Positions 26,516-38,727 of a DNA stretch of 64,000 nt are shown here, in pieces (within the stretch, counting starts at the first letter, position 1; each line of letters starts with the position of its first letter). Location: positions 1,116,001 through 1,180,000 of the forward strand of contig JBLDXI010000019.1 of NCBI GenBank assembly GCA_047495785.1, written 5' to 3'. Below the pieces are notes generated by a model. It was not told the origin of the DNA. It did no database searches and saw only the letters and a list, made by a program, of their open reading frames with translations. The stretch is from Lepidodermella squamata (lineage: Eukaryota; Animalia; Gastrotricha). Position numbers and translations under genes: made by a program.

Positions 26516-26807
26516 ATGCATCTCGCGTTTCTTCTGCATTTTTTTCTAGCCGTCACATTACCAGGTAAGCGTGAACACAACAACACTTCACTGTAACTCG
26601 CATTCTTTCCATTTAGCTGCCGCGCTATGTGAAGATTGGCTCGTGTTCGGTAAGATCTTTTGAGTGAACGATGTACCAAGCATCAACAACTTTTCAATCT
26701 ATTTTATAGAGGGTATCGACTTTGCATTTGTTGCCGTCTGCTCAACATTTGTCATCATAATATTCGCATTAACGATCGTGATGTGTCTCAAATTGCCTGG
26801 ACCATGA
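26516..26807 (+). CDS. Signal peptide + single-TM microprotein, family member 1
   Basis: 3 exons, phase-1 introns: MHLAFLLHFFLAVTLP|AAALCEDWLVF|EGIDFAFVAVCSTFVIIIFALTIVMCLKLPGP*. Confidence 0.8.
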
Positions 26808-26873
26808 TAATTCTTTGTTAATAAATGCTTGGCCTTTTCTAACTTTCGTAATGTTCCATTTTAGAATTTTGAA

Positions 26874-27166
26874 ATGAAATTTGAAATCAGAGGCAAATGT
26901 TTGGTGCAATTTCTAATTTGGCTTATACTACCAGGTAGATTATCCCCGTTAAACCGTCAGGATATATTTTTCAGTTTTTATTGCAGTTCTCGTGAATTGT
27001 CAAGAACGCTTTACGCTAAGTAAGTTATATTGAAGCGGTAAATTTGAAATCATTGCTTATTTTCGTAGATTTATTCGAAATATCTCTCATCGCGCTATGC
27101 TCCAGCTTCGTAATAATCATCATTGGACTTTCAATCGTAATGTGTCTAAAAATCAAAAGCTATTAA
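26874..27166 (+). CDS. Signal peptide + single-TM microprotein, member 2
   Basis: MKFEIRGKCLVQFLIWLILP|VLVNCQERFTL|NLFEISLIALCSSFVIIIIGLSIVMCLKIKSY* (exon 2 has an alternative in-frame acceptor). Confidence 0.8.
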
Positions 27167-27317
27167 CTGATTTCCCCATATATTTCTGTAGCCTTTCAAT
27201 ATCAGTATTTGTTTGCTGTGCCAATAACTAGTTTGCTTTTCCGCTAACAACGAGAATTTTGATTTTACAATATAACTTAATCAACTTTTAGAGTCATTTG
27301 AATAAATTTGAGGGCTC

Positions 27318-27559
27318 ATGTCTTACCTAAATACTCATCAACTGTTGCTGTTTACTCTATTAAGTTTAACGTTTCCCGGTGAGTTCATTTTCAAATTGTG
27401 TAACTTTTTAATATCCATGTTTTGTTGACAGATCTGGTAGAAGGGGCTGAACTGGCATTGGATACGTTTTCTGTGGTTTTGCTAACTTTATGCGGTGCTT
27501 TCCTCATCATAATCCTCGCTCTCTCAATCGTCATATGCATCAAAGCAAGACAACCATGA
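27318..27559 (+). CDS. Signal peptide + single-TM microprotein, member 3
   Basis: 2 exons: MSYLNTHQLLLFTLLSLTFP|DLVEGAELALDTFSVVLLTLCGAFLIIILALSIVICIKARQP*. Confidence 0.8.
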
Positions 27560-28184
27560 ACACTTTAAAAATTAAATTCTCATTTTGATATTTGATAAAG
27601 CATCGCTCACTCTTGAAATTTTATATCGCTTTGATTCGATAGCTTGTTTGAAAAAATTTATGATACAAAAGCAAGATTAAACGATCGCTAATAAAAAGGC
27701 GTTATTTTGCATCAAGGCTACTTGTGAACACAAGGTAAACATTTGTAGAGCGTGTCTAATAATGTTTGCTGAGATGTGACCTGTAACCATTTTGCGCTTC
27801 AAATGCGCACATTCTATTTACATAGTCGAAGATAAAGATGCGACACAACGATTAGCATATCTTGCAGACATGACTTGAAATACGACGATAAAGATTGATG
27901 GCTACCAATTGGCTCTCACTTATCACTCTCGAATGGCGTGCTACAAGTGGACGCTTGCGAAGATCGGCGATGCGGAAGGGAGGTGTAAATAAGAGCAGGT
28001 TAATGCTCATCAACTGGGACAGATAATCAGTGACCTTGGTCATCAGACGAATAAAGTGATAATGACAGCGCTGTGTAGAGACACAAACCATAGTCAGAAC
28101 GAATAATCGCTCCTCTCGTCACAATCGCTCTCCTGCTCACCTTGTAATTTTGTGATCGCTCACACAATTTACGACACAGCTCAA

Positions 28185-28494
28185 ATGGCGCACTTCCGAA
28201 TTGGGTTGCGCCTATTCGCAAGTGTAATGCTTGCAATGATTTTGTTTCCAGGTCCGTTTATTTCTTTCAAAATATTAAATTATGATCGATGATTCTATTT
28301 CATTCAGCCCTCGTAAGCTGTCAAACCGTCGCGCTAGGTAAGATATTAGTTTTTGCTATAACAATCAACTGAAATACTATTTGTTCATTTCAGACACATT
28401 TGAAATAGTACTCATAGTACTGTGTTCAGTGTTTCTAGTCATCATCATTGCACTAATCGTCATTCTGTGCGTAAAGGTACCTAACCCCAGTTAA
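28185..28494 (+). CDS. Signal peptide + single-TM microprotein, member 4
   Basis: MAHFRIGLRLFASVMLAMILFP|ALVSCQTVAL|DTFEIVLIVLCSVFLVIIIALIVILCVKVPNPS*. Confidence 0.8.
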
Positions 28495-29501
28495 AGGAGC
28501 CAACTGATTTAACGAACCGAATTTTACGCACAGCCGCGGCACTACTTCATCCGGTGGCTCGCCACTAAATTCAAAGGCGAGATGATCTACATTTATAACG
28601 ATGTTTAATAAATCAAAATCCTGCTACTCAACCTATGTACACTAAATGCTACCTGTAAATAAACTGGCTAATAAGTTTCAATAGCTGAGTTGCAATATTT
28701 GAGTATGCGAGAAGATGAACTAACTGATTCCGTCTATTACTGTCAAAATTGGCTCCTTACTTCCTACGCTTACTTGCTTTGGAAGCAGCCATGCATCATA
28801 TCCTCAATGAGTGAGAATATGGAGGACATTCAATGAGAAAAATTTTCGATGAGGACAGATTCAGAGAAAATTTCCGCTTCTTCGTAAAACGAAAGATGCA
28901 TTGATCCTAAGAGTGCGGACGAAAGTAGAAGTGCAAAGAGTGCTTGTAACGCTTAAATTATACCTACCTAGAAGTAAAAACGGTTCACTTTCACTAAGGA
29001 AATCGGTAGGATGTGGATTTGAAATTCTATGATCCTACGGCACGGAGCGACTGTTTTTCGCGGCGTTTCTAAGGAAGCTGCCTTTCACAACTAAAAATAC
29101 TTAGCACGTGTAAACATTTGATTTTAATTTTCTCGTAGCAAAATGAGAAATATCAGTTTTTAATAAAACTAGCGTTTATGGCAACGGTACTGTTCTCACA
29201 CACGCGTCCACTAAGTCGAGTCGCGAAACTCATGTGCTTCGCCAAATTTCTCGTCAGGCAGGCACCAGGCACCAGTGGATGCCGACCCCTTGCGAAGAAT
29301 ACTCAATTTCTTTGTTGCAGACTGCGAACTTGATTTGAACCATCTTTCGTCTTCTGAGTTATTGCACTCGGGATATATGATACGCCTGATTAACAATGAC
29401 ACTTTGATTACCGCTTATCGCCTTTGAAAGTGACTGTAAATACTTTATTGCAAAATATGTGAGCGTCGTAAGATTCTTTCATCTGAATTACTGAATATTA
29501 T

Positions 29502-29759
29502 TCACTCAGTTACTACTGCAGTGCCCTCATATTGTGATGTCGGATTTGGTATTTTTACGACAGCCACTCCCATGAGCAGCATGATTATTGTTAGGAAGAT
29601 GAAACACAGGAGTACCAGGCACGTTTCTAGGGCGTCTAGGTGAGGACAATGAGTAGTTTTTAGTAGTCAGTATTAAGCTGGCTTACCTAGTTTATCTGCT
29701 TTTACTGCGTTTATTTGCTCCAAAATGATGCTGACAATGAAGAGCATAGTTGATCGCAT
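29502..29759 (-). CDS. Signal peptide + single-TM microprotein, member 5
   Basis: MRSTMLFIVSIILEQINAVKADKL|DALETCLVLLCFIFLTIIMLLMGVAVVKIPNPTSQYEGTAVVTE*. Confidence 0.75.
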
Positions 29760-29860
29760 ATCTGTCGTTGATAGCCAGACCAGTGCTATTTGTTTCGTAA
29801 TAATTTTGCGACCTAGGAAGAGCGAAGTAATTTTATTTTGTATGAAAAGTAGCTCTTTCA

Positions 29861-30166
29861 CTATGTAGACACGGTTGGATTAGGAACTTTAACAATTATG
29901 AGTCCTACGAGACCCAGAATGATAGCGAGGAATATGAAGCACAAGACCACCAAGCAGACTTCCAGAGCATCTGTATTGAGACAGGAATAATTTTGAATAG
30001 ACGTATTGTGAAGTATAATTTACCCATCGCTGCTGAAACAGGTGCTGCGAGCGAAGCAAAGTAAATTTATATTATTCATTAAATTTTTCGGGGATGCATT
30101 ACCTGGAAAAAGGGCAACGTTAATTGCGAGCACCATGCAGATTTCGTTTGATTTTTTGCGAGACAT
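29861..30166 (-). CDS. Signal peptide + single-TM microprotein, member 6
   Basis: MSRKKSNEICMVLAINVALFP|APVSAAM|DALEVCLVVLCFIFLAIILGLVGLIIVKVPNPTVST*. Confidence 0.78.
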
Positions 30167-30375
30167 TTGAGGCGATCGATCGAATTGATGATTAGATCAA
30201 GTAGTCGCATGTCTGCCATAAAATGACAAAGCATATGCCGGTGTGGCACAGGAGCCTTCGGTCAACAATTATCCCATGTTTAATTAGTCGCGGCAATTGC
30301 TCTCACTTGCTCTAAGCTGTCATGTAAATAGCCACTCACTGCTTTTGTTGTAATAGGCTTGTTATTGCTGTCACA

Positions 30376-33300
30376 ATGAGGACGGCGCGGCTCAAAGAAT
30401 TGCCGCCGTCGGTTGTCGACGAATTTATTAACATGCAGCTAAAGAAATCGCAGAACGGTGATGACGTCTTGGCTAATGTCAACTCCACAGATATCCCCAG
30501 CGGAAAATTGAAAGTTGAGTATCGCCTGATAAAAAAGAAGAAGCGTGATTCGAAAGGCGGATTCGTCCTGCCCGACGTGAGTGGCAGCCCTCATTCGCTT
30601 CGCTACACATCACCAACGCCGAATTCTCAGCGGCCTGCGGGTGGACAGATAATTTTGAAACCGATAGAGCACAACGCGGTGCCTCAAGCGATGCCCGAAC
30701 GGAAAATTGTCAGAACACCAGAATTGATCAAATTGTCTTTACAGAGACTCGGCTCGTTTGAATCTGTCATGTTTCCGTTTCGAGGCTCCACTGATATGGA
30801 TTCTATACATAAACAATTGCCTGCTATCGAGCAAACTTCTGCCCTCAGTGGTAACTTTATTTAAATGGAAGAGTAATTACAATATCACTGGCTTTACTTT
30901 CAGCTAATCCTTCCACTATCACTCACAACTTTACTTGTCCGAACTGCAAATTCAATATCGTGAAAGGTGCGAAATTTTAATATTAAACCAGACTAGCCAT
31001 AATCTTTGCATGATTCTTAACATTTTTAGAGCTCTTTGTCACCGTAACTGAAGATGGCAGCTCTCAAAGCTTACATGAAAACAGAAGACATCACAAATGT
31101 AAGTTGAAATTAATTTTGTCATTGTGAGTAGAATTGTGCATGACTAACAAAAACAGCCGCCGAAAGATCCGATTCAAACACAGGGTCTGTAACAATGGGA
31201 ACTCAAACCGAAGCAGATGCCATATCTGGTTCTCCCGCTTCTCCGAAAATGTCCCCAAAAAGTAATGAAATTAGAAGTCGCGTGTCATCTTCACTTGAGA
31301 TGACAGTAAAAGAGAAAACAAAACCGGTGTCTCCATCTCCTCCTCGAATTCCTACTCCTGCTCCTCCACCTGTTGTAGTAGATAGTACTAGTGTTACTAA
31401 AGGTACTTCTGACTTGAGTTTGCTTGGGTGAATTTTAAGTTGGTTTATGTTAAATTGATTGATTTAGTAGCATTGTTCTGCTATTTTTTATTAAATTTTG
31501 GAAAATAACGCTTATACGTTCGTTTTTCCTCATTAGAAACCGAGGCTGAACCTGAACCAGCTAAATCTCATCGAGAGTCAGCCAAGCCCGATCATCTGAG
31601 CATTGAAGATCTAAAATTGATCGAAAAGTGCCGTAAAATCGTGAGAGCAGCCGAATCCAATGGAGATACGGAACAGATTCATTCAGCCATTCGTCAGCTT
31701 TCGGTAATTGCTCAGAAGCTGCTAACGCCGATGAGGGGCTCCGATCTTCATCACAATCGATTTGTTTGCGGGAAAATCGGAGATATGCTAGTTGAGGAGG
31801 GCTTCGATATGCGGCTCTACGCGATTCTACACGAAATGACAGCTGAGTGGAGCTTTTTCAGCCAAGAAGAAAATTATCATGTCACATTCAATTTATTCAC
31901 CTGCCTTACGTCATTCCTTAACCGGAGTTTGAAGCTTCCAGCCGTAATTTTCCTCAATCTTGCTTTTTCATTGTAAAATCTGTCATTTTTTCCACAGAAT
32001 TTGGTCGAAAACACAAAGTTTACTGGGGATATATTGCAAATTCTGGGCTATAAAAAGTATATAAATCAGTTGACGCAGAAAAATATTTGGCGGTTTTTCG
32101 ACGCATGTCTAACAATTCTTTGTTTGCTGGGTCGACTTGAAGCGAATATCGAATCTCTTCGATCTCTTGGCACCATTAATTGTGCGAAGAAATTTCTGTC
32201 AACCGGAGATCTAGGCTACGCTGGCCTATGGCTCCCCGCTCTGGTTACTATGAACCAGGTCGCGAATGATGACGAGATCGGAAATGCGATCAAGGGAAAA
32301 CTTCCAGATTTCGTGCCTACGGTTTGCAGTTACATCACATCGTATTTCGAGGACGAAAGATCAGCAGGCGATGAAACTTATCGGTCTATGCAGATGTCTG
32401 TTCGAGACAATTCGGACCAAGCTGCCGGCGAGTCTCAGCGTCAAATAAATGCTACAGGGATGATGCCAGTTGGTGCTGGTGTTGTTCTGGTTGAAGCTGT
32501 AGACGCATTCTTGCGATTCCTCGGCGTTATTATAGCCAAAATTCGCGAGATGAGCAGAGACTTCCAGTTGACGCAATCTGAACTCGACGAACTGACCGGG
32601 TGCTCGATTTTCTTGATGCAATTACCACATCCATCTAACCAGAAGCAATACGAGTCTAAGCAATTGATTGTGAGCGAGTGGCGAAAACTCGTGAAATCCG
32701 GCGTCGAAATAGGCGATTTCTGTGAAGAGGCTGCCTCGCTATTGAATCTCGGCCTCGGGCATGATCAAAATGATCTTAAAGATGAGATGATTCAAGCTCT
32801 CAGGGATTTGATTTCGAATGAATTCAACGAGGGGACGATTAAGGTGGAGGCTGAAGCTTTGTTAGCGAAAATCCAGCACCCTCGTGTGCCAACTCCGGCC
32901 GCGAGAAGCGTTACGGAAACAATAGAACACTCGCGGGTTCAAAATACCAACGAAATTCCCGATGTTGACCGGGAAAAAACCGAAGCTCAAACTAACAATG
33001 ATAACGGTAATCACCAGATTAAAACTTGACGTAGTTTCTATATTTCGGTTTTTATTTCACAGTTTCCGACTCTTTTTCCCTGAATGAAATAATATGGAAC
33101 TCCTCACTGGTTTCGTGGCAGAATCCGGAAGTTCGAGCCTGGATCCGATCCATCGGTCTCCGCAAGTACGAGGAGGAGTTCCAAGAATACGACGGGCCTA
33201 TGCTACTAGCATTGTATGACGTTCGCCGCGAATCACCGCAATACTTCCAGACGGAGATGGTGGCCAAATTGGGCGGCGTCTTCAATAATTTACTCAAATT

Positions 33301-33400
33301 CACAGCCCAGCTAACTAAACTCATCGCAAACAATAATCTAGGCTCGGGATCAGCCGCGGGTGGTGGAGATCAGCTGTCACTAGCTGTGAGCGGAGTATAA
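30376..33400 (+). CDS. ARM-like + SAM-like protein lacking a TIR domain, with long low-complexity N-terminus
   Basis: Multi-exon, with helical-repeat exons at 31617-33006. The last exon WQNPEVRAWIRSIGLRKYEEEFQEYDGPMLLALY..SPQYF..LLKFTAQLTKL matches the C-termini of genes A-E. No FISY/TIR motif. Confidence 0.78.
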
Positions 33401-33618
33401 ATTCTAAAACTTTGTGCTGTTTCAATGAAATACTTCGTACAATCAATAATTTGTAGCCAAAATAGCTGCTCCGTTGTTGTACCTTAGAAATAAACTGTGT
33501 TTCAACGTTTACTTCAAGGTTAAAAAATCGAGGTCGATAATTTTTACATCAAAAAGCTGTCATAATAATAATACATTTGGCGGCATAATATTGAATATAA
33601 TTTTAATGTATGGGTTAA

Positions 33619-33986
33619 TTATCCGACGTATCGAATTTTCATGAGACACACAATAACAGCGATGCCGAATAGAGTCACAACCAACACGCAACCCAGCACG
33701 ATGCTGATGATGTCGCGAGTGTCTGAAGAAAGAAATAACGTAAAACATGAGAAAAACAGGGCAATAACTCACTTAACACGACCTGACAATTGACGTGGGC
33801 TGTTGCAGGAAAAAACGAAGATTTTTTTATATTACATTTTTATTTAATGCCGTTGTTGTTATTGCAGTTACCTGGGAGGAATAACATGAAGCTCACAATG
33901 ACACCAAGCAGCTTCTGCCATCGTTTTTTACTGAGGCCGGGCAACGCCGGTGTGGCGCGAAAATGCGTCCGAAACAAGTTAAACAT
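33619..33986 (-). CDS. Signal peptide + single-TM microprotein, member 7
   Basis: MFNLFRTHFRATPALPGLSKKRWQKLLGVIVSFMLFLP|AHVNCQVVL|NTRDIISIVLGCVLVVTLFGIAVIVCLMKIRYVG*. Confidence 0.75.
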
Positions 33987-34121
33987 TCTATGCGCCTAAA
34001 ATTTGGGAACAAAAACCCATCAGAATTTTCGAGCTGTGTATTATGAAAAAACTTCATATAGGAGCTATAAATTTCAACTGGTAATAATTAAATTTGCTTA
34101 GTCTTTCAATGCAGGATCCGA

Positions 34122-34385
34122 TCACACTCCGAACAGCTTTACTTTCCATAAGCACAACACCAACGCGATGGAAAACAGGATAATTATGATCAAACTTCCA
34201 ATCACCACGTATATTATGTCCGATGTCGCTGAAAATATCGAAGCAAATAAAAATAATTTAGAAAAAGGTATTGGTTTACTTAAAGCCTGGCAGAGGACAG
34301 TATCCGGAAATGCGACCAAGAAAAGTACCAACAGCTGCATATAATACGTTATTGAAGATTCGAATCGCATTTTAGCGAGAGACAT
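34122..34385 (-). CDS. Signal peptide + single-TM microprotein, member 8
   Basis: MSLAKMRFESSITYYMQLLVLFLVAFPDTVLCQAL|TTSDIIYVVIGSLIIIILFSIALVLCLWKVKLFGV*; the intron is stop-free and in frame in the ORF track. Confidence 0.78.
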   Translation of the reverse strand: MSLAKMRFESSITYYMQLLVLFLVAFPDTVLCQALSKPIPFSKLFLFASIFSATSDIIYVVIGSLIIIILFSIALVLCLWKVKLFGV

Positions 34386-35005
34386 TTAAAAATTGCTCAA
34401 GTCAACGACTGCACGGCTATGCGCTTTGTGAGCAGCCCAGCTAGGACAATATATTCGTTATTCTACCGAGATATAATATTATTTCCGGTTGGACTGATGA
34501 GGCACGTGTAGATATGGTTGGTATTCGGAAATATTTCTGTCTTGCGCTGGGAGTGTTTGTTACGGGTTTGTTTGCCTGTGCATTTATTTCGACACCGCGC
34601 CATTGCAGCGGTAATTTTTCTGGTGCTTTATGACTGGCGTGAGGGGCGCGAACGTTTACGCTCTCGAAAGACGCTATCAATGACATCGTGTGCGTATATT
34701 TTGTCGTGCCGCAATGCAAAGATTCTCAACAGAGTTGCGCGTTTCTCCCGCGCCCATTTGATACCGTTAAGATGAGTTGATGGTTTATTCTCATTATTTT
34801 GTGTTTATGGCCTCAACCATAACGAGAATTCTCGGAAGTAATAAGTAATCAGCCCACCTTGGTTTTACGGTAGATAGTGGTTTTCGCTGAGAAGCGTCGC
34901 TGTTTTGCGCCGCTTGACTGTCACGCGTCTCGTGTAAATGATTCTGCTGCGTCATTTGTATCGCTCTCAAACAGGGGAAACACTTCGAGTACTCAGAGGC
35001 AGTCT

Positions 35006-35323
35006 TTATTTCAAAGATCTGAGTTTGAACAAGCACAGAATAACAGCGATGGTAATGAGCGTTAGTGTCAATGCCAAACCAAGCGAAATTACTATTAAAT
35101 CTGAATTACCTGAAAAAACCAGCTTCATTTTCAATAGTTCATGAGATTAGATAGCCAACTTACTCAAGTACAATCCACCGCCAGTAGAATATTGGCAATT
35201 GGATATGCCTGAAAAACAATACAATATGCTTCGCAAATTTTTATTTTACGAAAACGTACTTCCACTCAATAGGGCGGAGATCCATACTAAGTTTGGTAGC
35301 AAACGCTTGTTAGATACCAACAT
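35006..35323 (-). CDS. Signal peptide + single-TM microprotein, member 9
   Basis: MLVSNKRLLPNLVWISALLSG|SISNCQYSTGGGLYL|SNSDLIVISLGLALTLTLITIAVILCLFKLRSLK*. Confidence 0.75.
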
Positions 35324-35437
35324 AAACCCTTAGATTTGATAAATTTCTAGTGGAAAAGCTAAAATATGCAATGCAAATATATCGGAGAACTGAAAATTTA
35401 TTGAGACCCAACTATGACAATATTTTGTTTCAATCAC

Positions 35438-35706
35438 TCAGGGACCGAACAGCGCCACTTTCCACGAGCATAGAATCAGCGCTATTATCAGGAAGCAAAT
35501 CACGATTGTCGTTCCAACAATGATAAGAATAACCTCTGATCGCGCTAAAGATGAACGCAATAACCCAAGTTAATTATTTATTATTATTCAATATCCAACT
35601 TACTCAGCGGTAACGAAGGTTGCTGGCATGAAGCTTGGCTGACCAGATGTAACAGTATAATCAGTGATAAACTGAATGTTAAGTTGGATGCTTTACTCAA
35701 AAGCAT
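35438..35706 (-). CDS. Signal peptide + single-TM microprotein, member 10
   Basis: MLLSKASNLTFSLSLIILLHLVSQASCQQPSLPL|TRSEVILIIVGTTIVICFLIIALILCSWKVALFGP*. Confidence 0.75.
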
Positions 35707-36411
35707 TGTTTTATTCAGCTGCATTTATATTAGAGAAGGGCGAAGTACAGTGAAGAAAAACAGCATTTTATCTATGCATATCATAAGCGAATAAAAGCAT
35801 TTCGAACCATTTTGGTTTGTTCCCAATAGTCAGAATCCGTGATGGTGTTCAGCAATGCTCGACTCGTCATCAGCCCTTCTTTAGTGGCGAAGCTACTTGA
35901 TACAGCGTCATCAAATCGATATTAAGGAAGCATTATGTTGGTGTTTGCCACCTAACACCTCCGTTCCGCATGATAGCAGGACGCGATGGAATGATCCTTT
36001 CGTTCCATTATGCCTAATTTTGATGGCGTCGAGAATCTGTACTGCCAATGTTCATACGTTCAACAATCTGAGTAACTGTTTCTCAAGTCATGCAAATCGT
36101 ATCAATTCAAAATTGGCGATGAAAACATACACTCGCTCTATTGAATTGGTAACTTGAAAAATCGCTCTTGCGCAACACTCCGAGCATTTTGGCTGTTTCC
36201 TAGCAGTGCAACAGTTATGCATATTCGGTTCATGCTGAGCACTTCAGATTCAAAAACACATTTTCGCGCTTCAATTTGGCTGAATAGCCATTCAGTACAT
36301 GATATCCCAGACTTTGTTCCTTCACAAAACGTCTCGCCATGTTCCACTTTGGATCATCGATTTCCATCTCGGCAAATAAAAGCTGGAACAGTATGAGGAT
36401 TGTTAAAGCAA

Positions 36412-36491
36412 CCAATGGGTAGAATAGGCCCATTCGGCCTATTGGTATTGCCATTATCGCTTCACATTGGCCTATAGGCTGAGATATAAAA
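36412..36491 (+). promoter_or_regulatory. Putative polyubiquitin promoter: three CCAAT/ATTGG boxes and TATAAAA
   Basis: CCAAT at 36412, ATTGG at 36441 and 36466, TATAAAA at 36485-36491. A candidate 5'UTR intron 36622-36925 ends 5 nt before the ATG. Confidence 0.5.
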
Positions 36492-36906
36492 CCGCAATTC
36501 ACAAAAAAACCAGAAAAGCGCGCGCAAATTTTTTTTATCGAATGCAGCGAAAGACAACTTGAAAAAAATAGATATTAGTTATAGATCATATTCTAACAAA
36601 CCAAATTTCCAAATGATTAAGGTAGCTATATTTATGACAAATCACCTTGACCTGATGACTCGTAAACAACCTGAAAGCTGACGCCGAAACAAAGAGCGGT
36701 GTGTACTGACCGGTTTGTTTTTCTGTCAGTATTCAGTTTTTCTCACTCAGCTCTCAGTTCCTAATTCTTAGAAGTTTATTCATTCTTGTTCATCAATCTT
36801 GCTCATTTTCCATTTCCAAACTTTCTCTTTTTCTCAAGACATACGACATTCTGCTTGGTCTGCTTGTTAACTCTATGTGATTGGTATTTACATATCTAGA
36901 AGTTAG

Positions 36907-38307
<1,401 letters not shown>

Positions 38308-38727
38308 GCATCATTCGATCGAAGCCGAAGATTTGTAGTTAGGACTGATTCTGCTTTTTAGGCTCTTAAGATGGTTCAATGATTCTAACTTGTTGGCTAT
38401 AACACATTGCTTCTATCGTTGTAACAAGTATTGTCTGCTTAGCTCTGTCTTTGAAACATCTTGTCATGATAACAAAGTTGTGTGATAACATCAAACTAGT
38501 TCGACTGAGCGGTCCATAATTTAATATTGTTGCTGTATGTGGCTAATGGCGGCATTTAATGACCTGCAATATCATATTGTATGTGATGATACTGATGCTC
38601 GATTCCTCCCCATCAGCTTCAACTAATTACATAACAGATTCTTGAATAAAGCTTCTAGTTAGGATGGCAAATAATCCTGTCTTTTTGCGTCTATTAGATT
38701 TTTAAACCTATACCGGTTCAAGGTATT

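Noticed and set aside
28740-29420. Splice-like signals and a 63-aa ORF on the minus strand between microprotein clusters
   Set aside because: I could not assemble a consistent open frame or family motif; it may be non-coding or degenerate.
34441-34960. Short ORFs on both strands between microproteins 8 and 9
   Set aside because: No family signature or coherent exon chain.
36596-36660. Possible SL RNA or C/D snoRNA near AAG|GTAGCT
   Set aside because: No convincing Sm site or terminal stem; better explained as the donor of the polyubiquitin 5'UTR intron.
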